Both the position numbers and the translations under genes were made by a program. From assembly GCA_963843845.1 (NCBI GenBank), contig CAWJMB010000002.1, forward strand, positions 704,001 through 768,000: a stretch of DNA of 64,000 nt. The letters are read 5' to 3'. Positions 52,629 to 64,000 of this stretch are shown here, one piece after another. Numbering within the stretch: the stretch's first letter is position 1; each line of letters opens with the position of its first letter. This stretch comes from an uncultured Gemmatimonadaceae bacterium. GTDB taxonomy: Bacteria; Gemmatimonadota; Gemmatimonadetes; Gemmatimonadales; Gemmatimonadaceae. Below the pieces are notes generated by a model. The model saw only the letters and a list, made by a program, of their open reading frames with translations, ran no database searches and was not told the DNA's origin.

Positions 52629-53816
52629 ATGCAAACGGAGATCCCCATGCGCGTGCTCGGTCTCGACGAGGTGCACTTCAAGAACAACTTCGAGCACTTC
52701 CGGCGCGACAACCTGACGCCGCAGAAGGTCCTCGATGCGCAGAAGCTCGTGTGGGCCGACCTCGGCGTCACCGGCGCGCAGCAGAAAACCAGGCCGGAGA
52801 ACTTCCTGGTCATCGGACAGCCGTTCGAGCACGGCGGGGAGTTCTACTCCAAGATCTTCAACGAAGAAGCTCTCGGTCCCCACTACGCCGTGCCGACGCT
52901 CAAAGCGCTTCACAACCGTGACGAGTCGGCGAACGTGAAGCAGAAGGTCGTCCCCGAGGTGCCGCTGGCCTGGTGGCACTCCGGCGACGACGAGGAGGCG
53001 GTGAAGAACTGGTACCGCGGGATCGCCGCGGAGGCGAAGGACGGCCGTGTGCTCTTCAACCTGCACTGGCCGGATGCGTGGGCCGCTCTGTTCCACGAGC
53101 CGGTGCACGAGGCCGCCCCCGACGGCGGGATCGGCTCGGCACCGAGATGGACGTTCGAGGGCTACTGCGAGATCTTCGCGGCGCTGCTCGCGGCGAAGCT
53201 CGGGGTCAGTTACGACAAGTACAAGCACCCCGACTACATCCCGTACGCGACGGAAGTCAAGAAGATGATCGACTTCACGTCGCCGTCGTGCGTCGCGAAG
53301 GCCTACTTCCTCAACGACGCGGAGTCGCTCGGGCGGCTCTGCCCGCTGTTCTGGAGCAGGGTCGCCGGGTACGAGATCGCGCCTGCGATCCCGGAGAAGT
53401 ACGTGCTGGGCGGCACGGCGGCGGAGGTCCCGCAGTTCGCCACCGAGCAGATCAAATCCGTAGTACAGCGCAACCAGAAGCCGGAGTGGTACAAGCGCTG
53501 GGTCAGGCTGTACGGGCGGAGCGACCAGATGCCGACGGTGCCGACCCCGCCCCCGATGAATATTCCCGTCATGGGTGACCTCGGCGGTCAGCCGGTGATT
53601 CCGACCCCGCCCCCGATGGGCGGCCATGGCGGTCAGCCGGTGATTCCGACCCCGCCCCCGATGGGTGGCCTTGGGGGGTCGCCGCCCATGGTCCGCGGGG
53701 CCCGCGGGGGCCCCGCCCCCCGTGGCGGGCCGGCCCTGGGCGGCCTCGGGGGGGGAATGGCCCAGCCGCAGCCGGCCGTGTTGACCGGAAAACTCCCACC
53801 CACCGACTGGGTCTGA
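52629..53816 (+). CDS. Hypothetical protein, putative gluzincin-type zinc metallopeptidase with a Pro/Gly-rich tail
   Basis: Protein-like composition; HEPVH-x16-EGYCE; three PTPPPM repeats. Confidence 0.7.
   Translation: MQTEIPMRVLGLDEVHFKNNFEHFRRDNLTPQKVLDAQKLVWADLGVTGAQQKTRPENFLVIGQPFEHGGEFYSKIFNEEALGPHYAVPTLKALHNRDESANVKQKVVPEVPLAWWHSGDDEEAVKNWYRGIAAEAKDGRVLFNLHWPDAWAALFHEPVHEAAPDGGIGSAPRWTFEGYCEIFAALLAAKLGVSYDKYKHPDYIPYATEVKKMIDFTSPSCVAKAYFLNDAESLGRLCPLFWSRVAGYEIAPAIPEKYVLGGTAAEVPQFATEQIKSVVQRNQKPEWYKRWVRLYGRSDQMPTVPTPPPMNIPVMGDLGGQPVIPTPPPMGGHGGQPVIPTPPPMGGLGGSPPMVRGARGGPAPRGGPALGGLGGGMAQPQPAVLTGKLPPTDWV
53541..53665 (+). repeat. Intragenic repeat: 38-bp identical units at a 45-bp period plus a partial third copy
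   Basis: GGCGGTCAGCCGGTGATTCCGACCCCGCCCCCGATGGG at 53583 and 53628; core CCGACCCCGCCCCCGATG also at 53541. Confidence 0.92.
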
Positions 53817-54205
53817 TCGACCCGTCACACCGGTCCGCGGGGCGATTCTCACGCCGCGGGCCGGCGCCCTGCCTGGCCGCGTTGGGAGCGCCCCGGCGCG
53901 ACCGGCAGGCGACACCCCCGACATGATCGACTTCCATCCCGTGCCCGGGTGTTCTGCGGCGCGGTGCTCCCAGCGCAGGCGACACGCCGCGGCGACTGAC
54001 GCGGCGTGCTACCTGGCGACGCCGAGGCGGTGACGCGACGGAGCGCCTGCCCGTGGTCGGGGCCGGCTTCTGTGCGCTACTCGACAGGAGGAACGAGAGA
54101 GGCAGCAGCGCGACGAACCATCGCGGTCGGCTGACTCGCCTGGTCCTCCGGTCGACGGCCGTTCACAGAAGATCGGGACGTGCCGCGACGTGTGACATGT
54201 CCTGC

Positions 54206-57200
54206 CTAACGGTCCGCTGTGTCGCGGGTCAGGCGCGCGTGGAGGCGGCGATACGACGCGAGCTGGGCGCGCATGTCGGCCGTCGGCGGGCCGACCTGGG
54301 GCTCGAGCGCCTGGTACAGTGCGCCGACGCGCGACTGTAGCTCGCTCACGGTGTCGGCCCGGGCACGCATCGCCGCGCCGCCGGCGCGGCTTCGCGCGGA
54401 GAGTGCGGCCGTCGAGCGGTAGAGCGTCTCGACCGAGTCGAGCGCGGCGTGCCAGGCACGCAGCGTCGCCGGCGCGGCGTCCTGCCGGCGGTCGGGGCGC
54501 ACGGCGAACGTGCGCCGCTCGACGACGCGCTCGCCGACGAGGAGCGCGACCTCGTAGTCGCCCGGCGGGACGAACGCGCCGGTCATCCCGCCGCGGCGCG
54601 GCGTGTCCACGTCCTCGCCGCCGGCCGCGGCAGCCGACGGAAGCGACGGCCGTCGCAGCGACCAGCTCGCGGTCGTCGCGCCGCGCCGCGTCGTGAGCGT
54701 CTGTCGCCACAGCTCGCGCGCGCCGCTCGCGTTTCCGGTAGCCCCGGCGCGCCGCACGACGAGCGTCGCCGCCGAGCCCGAGTCGCGCGCGAGCACCGTG
54801 AACGTGATGCCGCTCGGCGGATTCTCGCCGCGGAACATCATGTCGCCGGTGTGGCCGAGCCGCGGCGAGAGGCGCTGCTGATACGCGACGCTCGACACCG
54901 GCGCGAGCGACACGGCCGCCGCGTTCGACGAGCGGCTCGACGCGGCGAGCTGTCGCAGCGGACGCACGTCGTCGAGGATCCAGATGCCGCGGCCGTGCGT
55001 GCCGAGCACCAGCGCGTGGTCGCGCGCGTGGAGCGCGATGTCGTTCACCGGCACGGTCGGCAGGTTCGCCGCGAACGGCTGCCAGTGCGCCGCGCCGTCG
55101 GTCGAGACGAACAGTCCGAACTCGGTGCCGAGGTAGAGGAGCTGCGGGTCGGCGAGGTCCTCGCGCAGCACGTGCGGCACGCGGTCGGCCGGCAGGTCGG
55201 CGGCGATCGACGTCCACGTGCGTCCGTAGTCGGTCGAGCGGAACAGCCGGTTGCGGAAGTCGCCGTTCTGGTGGCCGTCGAACAGCGCGTATACCGTGCC
55301 GGCCGCGTGGCGCGACGCCTCGAGGTGGCGCACCCACGTGCCGGCCGGCACGTCCCGGCACGTTCGCCGTCACGTTCGTCCACGTCGTGCCCTCGTCGCG
55401 CGACACGTGGACCTGTCCGTCGTCGGTGCCGACGTAGAGCACGCGCCGGTCGCGCGGCGACTCGGAGAACGCGCTCGTCGTCGGGAAGAACGAGATCCCG
55501 TCGTCGAGCGACGGCGTCGTGGAGTCGGGGCGCTGCCCCATGATCGCGAGCGAGCGGCGGTCGACCTTCGTCGTGAAGTCGCCGAGCCGCGTCCACGACT
55601 CGCCGCGGTCGCGCGAGCGGTAGAGGTTGCGGAGGCCGCCGTAGAGCGTGCGCGGGTCGTGCGACGAGAGCGCGAACGGCGCGTTCCAGTTCGCGCCTTC
55701 CTGATAGCGCCCGACGAGCGGCGTCGGCGGTCCCCAGTTGCCGCGCTTGTAGACGTCCCCCTCGGGCCACGACGGGCGGATCGCGCGCCGCTCCATCGTC
55801 CTGAGGTCGACGCGCGTCAGCCCGAAGTACTGCGACGACGAGTAGAGCGTGCGATTGTCGGTCGTGTCGAACACCGTGTAGAAGCCGTCGCCGCCGCCGA
55901 CCTGGAACCAGTCCTCGTTCAGGATCCCGTCGTTCCACGCCGTCGCGCTCGGCCCGCACCAGTTCGAGTTGTCCTGCAGGCCGCCGCAGATGCGATACGG
56001 CACCGAGTTGTCGAGCCCGACGTGATAGAACTGCGAGACGGGGAGCGCGCGCTGATAGAGCCAGCGGCTGCCGCGGTCGTACGAGATGCCGAGCCCGCCG
56101 TCGTCGCCTTTCACGAGGTGGCGCGAGTCCTTCGGGTTCACCCAGATGATGCGGTCGTCGCCGTGCAGCGTCTGTCGCGGCTCGCGCCACGTCTTGCCGC
56201 TGTCGTCGGACACCGAGTACTGCACCTGGTACAGTCGCGCGTCGTCGCGCGGGTCGATGAGCAGCTTGCTCGAATAGCCGGGGCGCGGGTTGTGGTCGCC
56301 CATGAAGCGCCACGTGCGCCCCTTGTCGTCGCTGCGATAGATGCCGCCGCGCCGTTGCTCGTACGAGATGCTCGACGTGTAGCGCTCGCCCTGCTCGACC
56401 GAGGCGTAGACGACGTTCGGGTTCGTGCGGTAGACGGCGATGCCGATGCGGCCCAGCGTGCCGGCCGGCAGCCCGTTCGCGACGCCGCCGGCCGCGACGT
56501 TCGTGAGCTTCGTCCACGTCCCCCCCGCGTCGGTGGACTTCCAGAGCGCCGAGCCGGGGCCACCGCCGACGAAGCCGAACGCCTGGCGGCGGCGCTGGTA
56601 GGTGGCGGCGTAGAGCGTGTTCGGGTCGCTCGGGTCCATCACGACTTCGGTGACGCCGGTGTCCTCGTCGCCCTTCAGGACGAGCTGCCAGCTGCGCCCG
56701 CCGTCGCTCGTCTTGTACAGCCCGCGCTCCGCGCTCGGCGCCCACAGCTTGCCGGGGACGGCGACGTAGACGAGGTCGCGGTTCGTCGGGTGCGTGACGA
56801 TGCGCGCGATGTGGCCGCTCTCGCGGAGGCCGACGTTCGCCCACGTGCGGCCGCCGTCGGTCGACTTGTAGACGCCGTCGCCCCACCCCGAGCTCTGCCG
56901 GTTCGTCGCCTCGCCGGTGCCGACCCAGACGACGTTCGGGTCGCCCTGGAAGAGGCCGAGCGCGCCGACCGAGTGCACGCGCTCGCGCTCGAACACGGGC
57001 GTCAGCGTGATCGCGTTGTCGGTGGTCTTCCAGACGCCGCCGGTAGCGCTCGCGACGTAGATGGTCGTCGGATCGGATTCGAGGACGGCGACGTCGGTGA
57101 TGCGGCCGGACATCGTCGCGGGGCCGACCGGGCGGAAGCGGAAGGTGGCGAGCGCCGCGGCGTCCTGGGCCCGCGCGGGGCGAGCGGACGCGAGGCAGAC

Positions 57201-57230
57201 GGCGGCGAGCAGCGCGGTGCGGAGGCGCAT
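54206..57230 (-). CDS. BNR/VPS10-repeat glycosyl-hydrolase-like protein, frameshift near 55355
   Basis: FRPVGPATMSGRI, repeated S.D.G.TW Asp-boxes, GGLQDN, GTHGRGIWILD; signal peptide. Confidence 0.88.
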
Positions 57231-57338
57231 GAGTCGGGGAACGGGGATGGGGCCGATGTCGGATGACAAGTTACGGGCGCGCGCACGGCGCGCCGACCCG
57301 GCTTGCTCTGCGCCGCGCGGTACGCGAACGTCCGCGCC

Positions 57339-58661
57339 GTGACCTCGCCTCCCGCTCCCGTCGACTCGATCACCTCCGCCCATCGCCTCCGCTCGATCTT
57401 CGGCGGCTCGGTCGGCAACCTCGTCGAGTGGTACGACTGGTACGTCTACTCGGCCTTCTCGCTCTACTTCGCGAAGGCGTTCTTCCCGAACGGCAGTCAG
57501 ACGGCGCAGCTGCTGAACACGGCCGCGGTGTTCGCGATCGGCTTTCTCGTGCGACCCGTTAGGCGGCTGGCTCATGGGACGCTACGCCGACCGCCACGGC
57601 CGACGCGCCGCGCTCACGACGTCGGTGCTGCTCATGTGCGGCGGCTCGCTGCTGATCGCCGTCACGCCGGGGTACGCCACGATCGGCGTCGCCGCGCCGG
57701 CGGCTCCTCGTGTTCGCGCGACTGCTGCAAGGCATCAGCGTCGGCGGGGAGTATGGCGCGAGCGCGACGTACCTGAGCGAGATGGCGGGGCAGCGGCGGC
57801 GCGGCTTCTGGTCGAGCTTCCAGTACGTCACGCTCATCATGGGGCAGCTGCTCGCGCTCGGCGTGCTCGTCGTGCTGCAGCGCACGATGTCGGCGGACGC
57901 GCTCGAGGCGTGGGGGTGGCGGATCCCGTTCGTCATCGGCGCGCTCTGCGCGGTCGTCGCGATCGCGCTCCGCCGCGGGCTCGAGGAGACGACCGAGTTC
58001 GAGCGCGCGCGGCGGAAGCCGGGGCGCGCCGTCGCTCCGCGGGCTGCTCGCGCACCCGCGCGCGGTCGCCACGGTGGTCGGCCTCACGATCGGCGGCACG
58101 GTCGCGTTCTACACGTTCACGACCTACGCGCAGAAGTTTCTCGTGAACACCGCCGGCTGGACGAAAGACGACGCGACGCTCGCCTCGGCCGGCTCGCTGT
58201 TCGTGTTCATGCTCGTGCAGCCGCTCGTCGGCCACGTGTCGGACCTCGTCGGGCGTCGCCCCGTGCTCACCGCGTTCGGCGTGCTCGGCACGCTCGGCAC
58301 GGTGCCGGTCCTGACCGCGCTCGGGTCGGCGACGCACTTCGCGACCGGCTTCGGGCTGCTCGTCGTCGCGCTCCTCGCGGTGAGCGGGTACACGGCGATC
58401 AACGCCGTCGTGAAAGCCGAGCTGTTCCCCGCCGAGATCCGCGCGTTGGGGGTCGGCTTTCCGTACGCGGTGACGGTCTCGCTGTTCGCCGGGACGGTCG
58501 AGTACCTCGCGCTGTGGGCGCGGAGCGTCGGGCACGAGCGGTGGTTCTACTGGTACGTGACCGCGTGCATCGCCACGTCGCTCGTCGTGTACGTGACGAT
58601 GCCCGAGACGCGCGACCAGTCGGGGTTCCGCGCGGACGAGGCGGCGCCGAACGACGCGTGA
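57339..58661 (+). CDS. MFS metabolite:H+ symporter (alpha-ketoglutarate permease-like), frameshifted (~57556, ~57700, ~58025)
   Basis: [39 protein letters not shown] spread over four ORF pieces. Confidence 0.87.
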
Positions 58662-58693
58662 CGCATCCTGCGTGACGCCTCACGCGTGACGCG

Positions 58694-60188
<1,495 letters not shown>

Positions 60189-60264
60189 GTCGCCGACGCT
60201 GCCAGGCCGGCGCAAGCCGAGACGTCACAACGTCTTGCGAGCGGTGAAGTGCCCCGAGCGCGGC

Positions 60265-60293
60265 TTGACATGGTCGCACGTGTACGGTACATT
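60265..60293 (+). promoter_or_regulatory. Sigma70 promoter pointing antisense into the R-M operon
   Basis: TTGACA(60265)-17 nt-TACATT(60288); no credible + strand CDS follows. Confidence 0.72.
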
Positions 60294-60299
60294 TTCGGT

Positions 60300-60362
60300 C
60301 GAAATGGACTGGGAATGCCTGGTCGGCGCTGGGCTCCGGAGAATGCTCCGGGGCCCTTCTGC
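60300..60362 (+). ncRNA. Candidate ~60-nt twin-hairpin small RNA associated with DUF3800
   Basis: 7-bp hairpin 60307-60324 and 11-bp hairpin 60331-60356, both with AAUG loops, then UUCU; directly after the promoter. Confidence 0.62.
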
Positions 60363-61126
60363 TATTCGGTAGGAAACACTTTGAGCCCCCATCCGTCGAC
60401 CCGACCGTCCGGGCTCCGACGAAGGTGCGGCTCGAGAGTGTCGAACGCGCGATTCGGCTGACCGGGGCGGAGTACGTGGAGCCCGATGGGCCGCGCGACG
60501 AGGTCGGCGAACTGCAATCCGGTGGCGATGGACTTCTTGTCGGCCATCAGAATCTCGACCGGCGTGCGAGCGTAGCGCGAGTTCGCGCCGCCGGTCACCC
60601 GCCGAAACTGTACTTCGAGCTCGAGGTCCTCCTTCCCGCCTCGACACTCGAAGACGAAGTGCGTGAGCTTGCCGGTCTGCCCGTGTTCGCGGAGGAACGC
60701 GCAGACGCGCTCGAGGCCGAATTCCAGCGCGATCAGGTAGGGATTGTTCGGCTGGGCGTATCGATTCACGAGCTGCGCCTTCCGAATCACGATGCCGACG
60801 ATCGTCGCCGGCGCCTCGCTCATCAGGGTGGTGAGGTCGCCGAGAAAGGCCGCACGGCGCGACGCGTTGAGCAGGATGCGGAAGGGACCGTTCGACTTCC
60901 GGATGTCGTGCTCGTGCAGCACGACCTGGTCGTGACCGAAGTGCGCGAACTTGAACCGCATCACGGCCGGCACCAGCTCCGTCGCGAGGCGCGTCTTCGC
61001 AAAGATGCAGAAGGCGAGCACGAAGATCGGGTACTCCGGATCCATCGTCTGGAGTCCGTGGTCTCCGCTCTCGTCGACGTACACGATGTAGTCGCCGAAC
61101 GCCGCCGCCTGCGAACCGTCAGACAT
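60362..61126 (-). CDS. DUF3800 domain protein (predicted RNase H-like fold)
   Basis: N-terminal YVDESG, FECRG, C-terminal GLQFADLVA. Confidence 0.88.
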   Translation of the reverse strand: MSDGSQAAAFGDYIVYVDESGDHGLQTMDPEYPIFVLAFCIFAKTRLATELVPAVMRFKFAHFGHDQVVLHEHDIRKSNGPFRILLNASRRAAFLGDLTTLMSEAPATIVGIVIRKAQLVNRYAQPNNPYLIALEFGLERVCAFLREHGQTGKLTHFVFECRGGKEDLELEVQFRRVTGGANSRYARTPVEILMADKKSIATGLQFADLVARPIGLHVLRPGQPNRAFDTLEPHLRRSPDGRVDGWGLKVFPTE

Positions 61127-61772
61127 CGCGACTCAGCCACCCCTTCCTGAGTCCGTCGGCGAGCAGAGCGCGCGCGTACTGCTCGGGGGAGTGGTCCGAG
61201 GCGTTGTTTCTCCGACGCGACTCGCCGCGCGCTTCGGCCGCGGCGTACTCCCGCACGGTCCGCTCCGCGTCCGGCGCACAACGCGCCCAGATCGCCCGCA
61301 TGACGTCGCGCTGCGTTCCGCCGCTCCTCGGCGTTCCTCCCGCCAGGCGACCGGTCGTCGGCGCCGCGGTCGCTCGCGTCGAGAGAGCGTCGAGCGACGT
61401 GACGATCTCGCGCGGCGCGCCGATGGACTCGGCGACGATGGCGGCCGTCTCGACGACCTGCCGCGCCTCGCGGTCCGTGAACGGCCGATCGTGCGCCACG
61501 CGGTTGCGTGCGTCGCGCAGCACCTGCACCGACGCCCTGAGCGCGTCGCCGGCGTGACCGGCGAAGAAGTGCACCGGGTTCGTGACCATCGCCTTGAGCA
61601 GCTCGTGCACGTCGGCCGTGGCACTCACGCGCGCGCCCGGCACCCGCGCCAACGTCTGCCGCACGTGGGCGTCGAGGTGCGGCCTGATGATCGCGAGCGC
61701 GCGCCGCACCCGCGCCGTGTTCGGAGGCTCGTCTCCGGCGCCGGCCGCCGGCGCACGCTGCGACACGGTCAC
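61119..61772 (-). CDS. Swt1-like HEPN domain protein with an extra C-terminal helical domain
   Basis: R-x4-H motif in LRDARNRVAHDRPF; GTGA overlap with the mrr stop; 8-nt overlap with the DUF3800 start. Confidence 0.75.
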   Translation of the reverse strand: MTVSQRAPAAGAGDEPPNTARVRRALAIIRPHLDAHVRQTLARVPGARVSATADVHELLKAMVTNPVHFFAGHAGDALRASVQVLRDARNRVAHDRPFTDREARQVVETAAIVAESIGAPREIVTSLDALSTRATAAPTTGRLAGGTPRSGGTQRDVMRAIWARCAPDAERTVREYAAAEARGESRRRNNASDHSPEQYARALLADGLRKGWLSRDV

Positions 61773-62662
61773 TCGTCCAGCGCCAGGAAGTAGACCGGCC
61801 GGAGCGGCAGGCGCAGCTTGGCTTCCTGCGTCAACTGGTCGTAGTGCCGCACCCAGAGGTCGATCAGCGCCTTCAATCCGATGAGCGTGACGCGGTGCTG
61901 CTTGTCGTTGCGCACCTTCGCCTCGGCGTCCCTGGTGAAGTTGCCGGTGCTCACGAACAGCCCGACTTCCTCGGCGCCGAGGTTGCCCATGAAGGCCGAG
62001 ACGTCGCCGACGGCGACCGGCTTGTCGTAGCGCTTGACCTGCACCTTGATGCGCGGCGGGCGCGTGCCGAGCGGGTCGGCGAAGGCGACGATGTCGACGC
62101 CGTCGTCCTTGCCGGGCGGAGACACCCACGAGACGTAGTAGCCCATCGCGGTGAGCAGGTCCGCGACGAGGTACTGGAAATCGTAGGGGTTCATCCCTTT
62201 CAGGTGCTGCTCGATCTGCGCGCGCGCCTGCTCTTCGGCCGCCTCGAGCGCGATCACGGCCGAGGCTTCGACGATCTCCTCCGAGTCGTTCTCCGGCTCG
62301 GCCGGCGTCGCGGGCTGGCCCTTCTTCCACGACTGATACAGCTCGGCGCCGCGCCGGGTGAACTCGAGAGGGTCTCGGTGCTTCTTGTGGGCCTGCCACC
62401 CCTCGTCGGTGACGTACCAGCGCCCGCCGTCCTTCACGAGCCAACCGGCCTTCACGGGGCCGATGGTCGCGAAGCGCAGGATCTTGTCGAACCGGCGGCT
62501 GCCGTCGGAGTAGTGGCCGGCCTCGAAGTCGGTGAGGCCGACGCGCGTCGCCACCGCCTGAACGGCTTCGCCGGCGGGCATCCCCTCCGCGCCCTGCTCG
62601 TGCAGGATGTCGAACAGGGTGTGCACGAGGACGCCGTTGCGCTTCCAGCTGATGTCTGACAT
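61769..62662 (-). CDS. mrr: Mrr-family type IV restriction endonuclease
   Basis: N-terminal wHTH (KAGWL..GRWYVTDEG); FQYLVADLL, DDGVD, VQVKRY, STGNFT. Confidence 0.92.
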   Translation of the reverse strand: MSDISWKRNGVLVHTLFDILHEQGAEGMPAGEAVQAVATRVGLTDFEAGHYSDGSRRFDKILRFATIGPVKAGWLVKDGGRWYVTDEGWQAHKKHRDPLEFTRRGAELYQSWKKGQPATPAEPENDSEEIVEASAVIALEAAEEQARAQIEQHLKGMNPYDFQYLVADLLTAMGYYVSWVSPPGKDDGVDIVAFADPLGTRPPRIKVQVKRYDKPVAVGDVSAFMGNLGAEEVGLFVSTGNFTRDAEAKVRNDKQHRVTLIGLKALIDLWVRHYDQLTQEAKLRLPLRPVYFLALDE

Positions 62663-62678
62663 GACTAGGCGGTTCTCG

Positions 62679-64000
62679 TCAGGGCGTCGCGCGCGAACGA
62701 CCGCGTTTGCGCGTGGCGGGTGAGAGCGGTTCGGGGCGTGCGCGCGCGAGGAGCGCGGACGCCGGCTCGTCGCGCGGGTCCTGCGGTACGAGCTTGCCCT
62801 CGAACGCGCGCTTGAGGATCGACTGGCGGAGTCGTGCGGCGCGCGCGAGCTGAACGTCGATCTCGGCGACGGTGCGGTCTGCCACGGAGAGCGTACGCTC
62901 GATCTCCGCGACCAAGCCGCGCTGTAACGTCGAACGGTGGGACGGAACTGGATAGGCCCGGAAAATTCGCTTATTGATGTTCGGAACTGTGCCGCCAGGC
63001 ATTCCCTGATCGATCAGCCTGTGACCGCCGCGAGTGAGCACGTAGAACAGCCACGCACCGATCCAACTGGTAAGGCGCGTGCGCGATCGCCGCACGACGG
63101 CTTGATTCGTGGCCGCCTGAGGCCGAGCATTCCATAGACGCCCGAGCTGTGGCTTCCGATACGTCGCGCCGATGCATGCAACCAATTCCGTGCGGTCGGG
63201 AAGTCGTCGTGCGCGCCGAGGACCTGGATAGCCCGATGTTCCGTGCATGCGGACCTCGTCTGCGGCTATCGAGGTCCGTCGGTTTGAGGCACTGCGAGTT
63301 ACCCACCGGAGTTGGCTGACCGAAGTAGGCGGGTCGGTCCCGATTCGGCGTACCGCCACTACGCAGTTGAAGCCACGTTCGCGAGTGGCTGCATGCGCCA
63401 GCCCGCTTCGCCGCAGCGTCGGCCGAAGCGAGTCTGCCGCTGAGAACAGCGGGCGATAGTGCTCGATTCGCTTTCACGCCCGCTCCAGCCCCGCCACCGC
63501 CGCGTCGAGGTCCGACAGGTGCTCCTCGAGCGCGGCGACGATGCGGCGCTGCTCGGCGAGCGGCGGGACCGGGAATTCCAGACCGGCGAGCGCTCGGCGC
63601 CGAGGTGCGCGATGTTGTGGTCCACCGCGCAATCCTCTGAAAGCGACTGCGTACGCAAGTACGACCGAAAGACGAATAGCGGCGAACTCTGGAACGCACA
63701 TATGGGCCCGTCGGTCCGGAAGCGAATCAGTGTGTTCTGGAAACAGGCTCTGGGTACCTCCCCACGATAGATCGCGGGCCGTCCAACGAGCTCAAGGCTT
63801 TGTCCTTCGTTAGGAGCACATCCCGGATTCGCAGGCGGTAGAGCTCGTACTCGCCTGGCGAAAAGTTCATTTCGGCGACGTCTGACGTGCTCAATGCGGT
63901 CTTCGTACACATTGGCAACACGGAGATACGGCCGCACGTGTGCCCCCTGGTGGTTCTTGGGAGACCGTTGCCGACCGAGTCGCACGTCGCCGAGCGCCCG
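62679..64000 (-). CDS. hsdS: Type I R-M specificity subunit (5' end outside the window; many frameshifts)
   Basis: PYLRVANV, FQNTLIRFR, PVPPLAEQRRIV, SGGTP, LRQSILKRAFEGKLVPQDP in several frames; lower GC. Confidence 0.88.

Noticed and set aside
60331..60356. Hairpin as a simple terminator for DUF3800 on the minus strand
   Set aside because: No U-tract on the minus strand; the promoter and U-rich tail both favour a + strand RNA

Overview
This is a very GC-rich (roughly 72-75% by eye) bacterial chromosomal window. The gene types (Ser/Thr kinase-TolB-TPR, DUF5916, BNR-repeat hydrolase, ABC-permease/M1-peptidase fusion, many PAS/GAF kinases) suggest Gemmatimonadota, but that is an inference. 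All product calls come from motif recognition by eye, not database searches. Layout from left to right: (1) a kinase and a membrane protein; (2) a minus-strand block (serine hydrolase, DJ-1/PfpI, outer-membrane barrel, di-heme peroxidase, YtkA/FixH-like protein, AraC, flavin monooxygenase, DUF6010, GNAT) whose members share a recurring upstream motif; (3) an IS3 remnant; (4) a sulfane-sulfur detoxification cluster with an ArsR; (5) PAS/GAF histidine kinases; (6) a CarH-type B12 photoreceptor divergent from a fasciclin gene; (7) ABC/M1, SDRs and OhrR; (8) a four-gene phosphorelay cluster; (9) D-aminoacylase, tgt and a B3-E-type metallo-beta-lactamase; (10) an unrecognised HExxH protein, a BNR hydrolase and an MFS; (11) a type I R-M locus with mrr, a HEPN protein and DUF3800 inserted between hsdS and hsdM. 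The strongest leads are a promoter-driven ~60-nt twin-hairpin RNA convergent on the DUF3800 gene, a non-palindromic octamer CGTTAGGC seen at least 9 times (often using rare TTA codons or supplying stop codons), and operators readable directly from the sequence for AraC, ArsR and CarH. Many genes carry frameshifts that are probably long-read assembly errors. I saw no rRNA, tRNA or CRISPR array.
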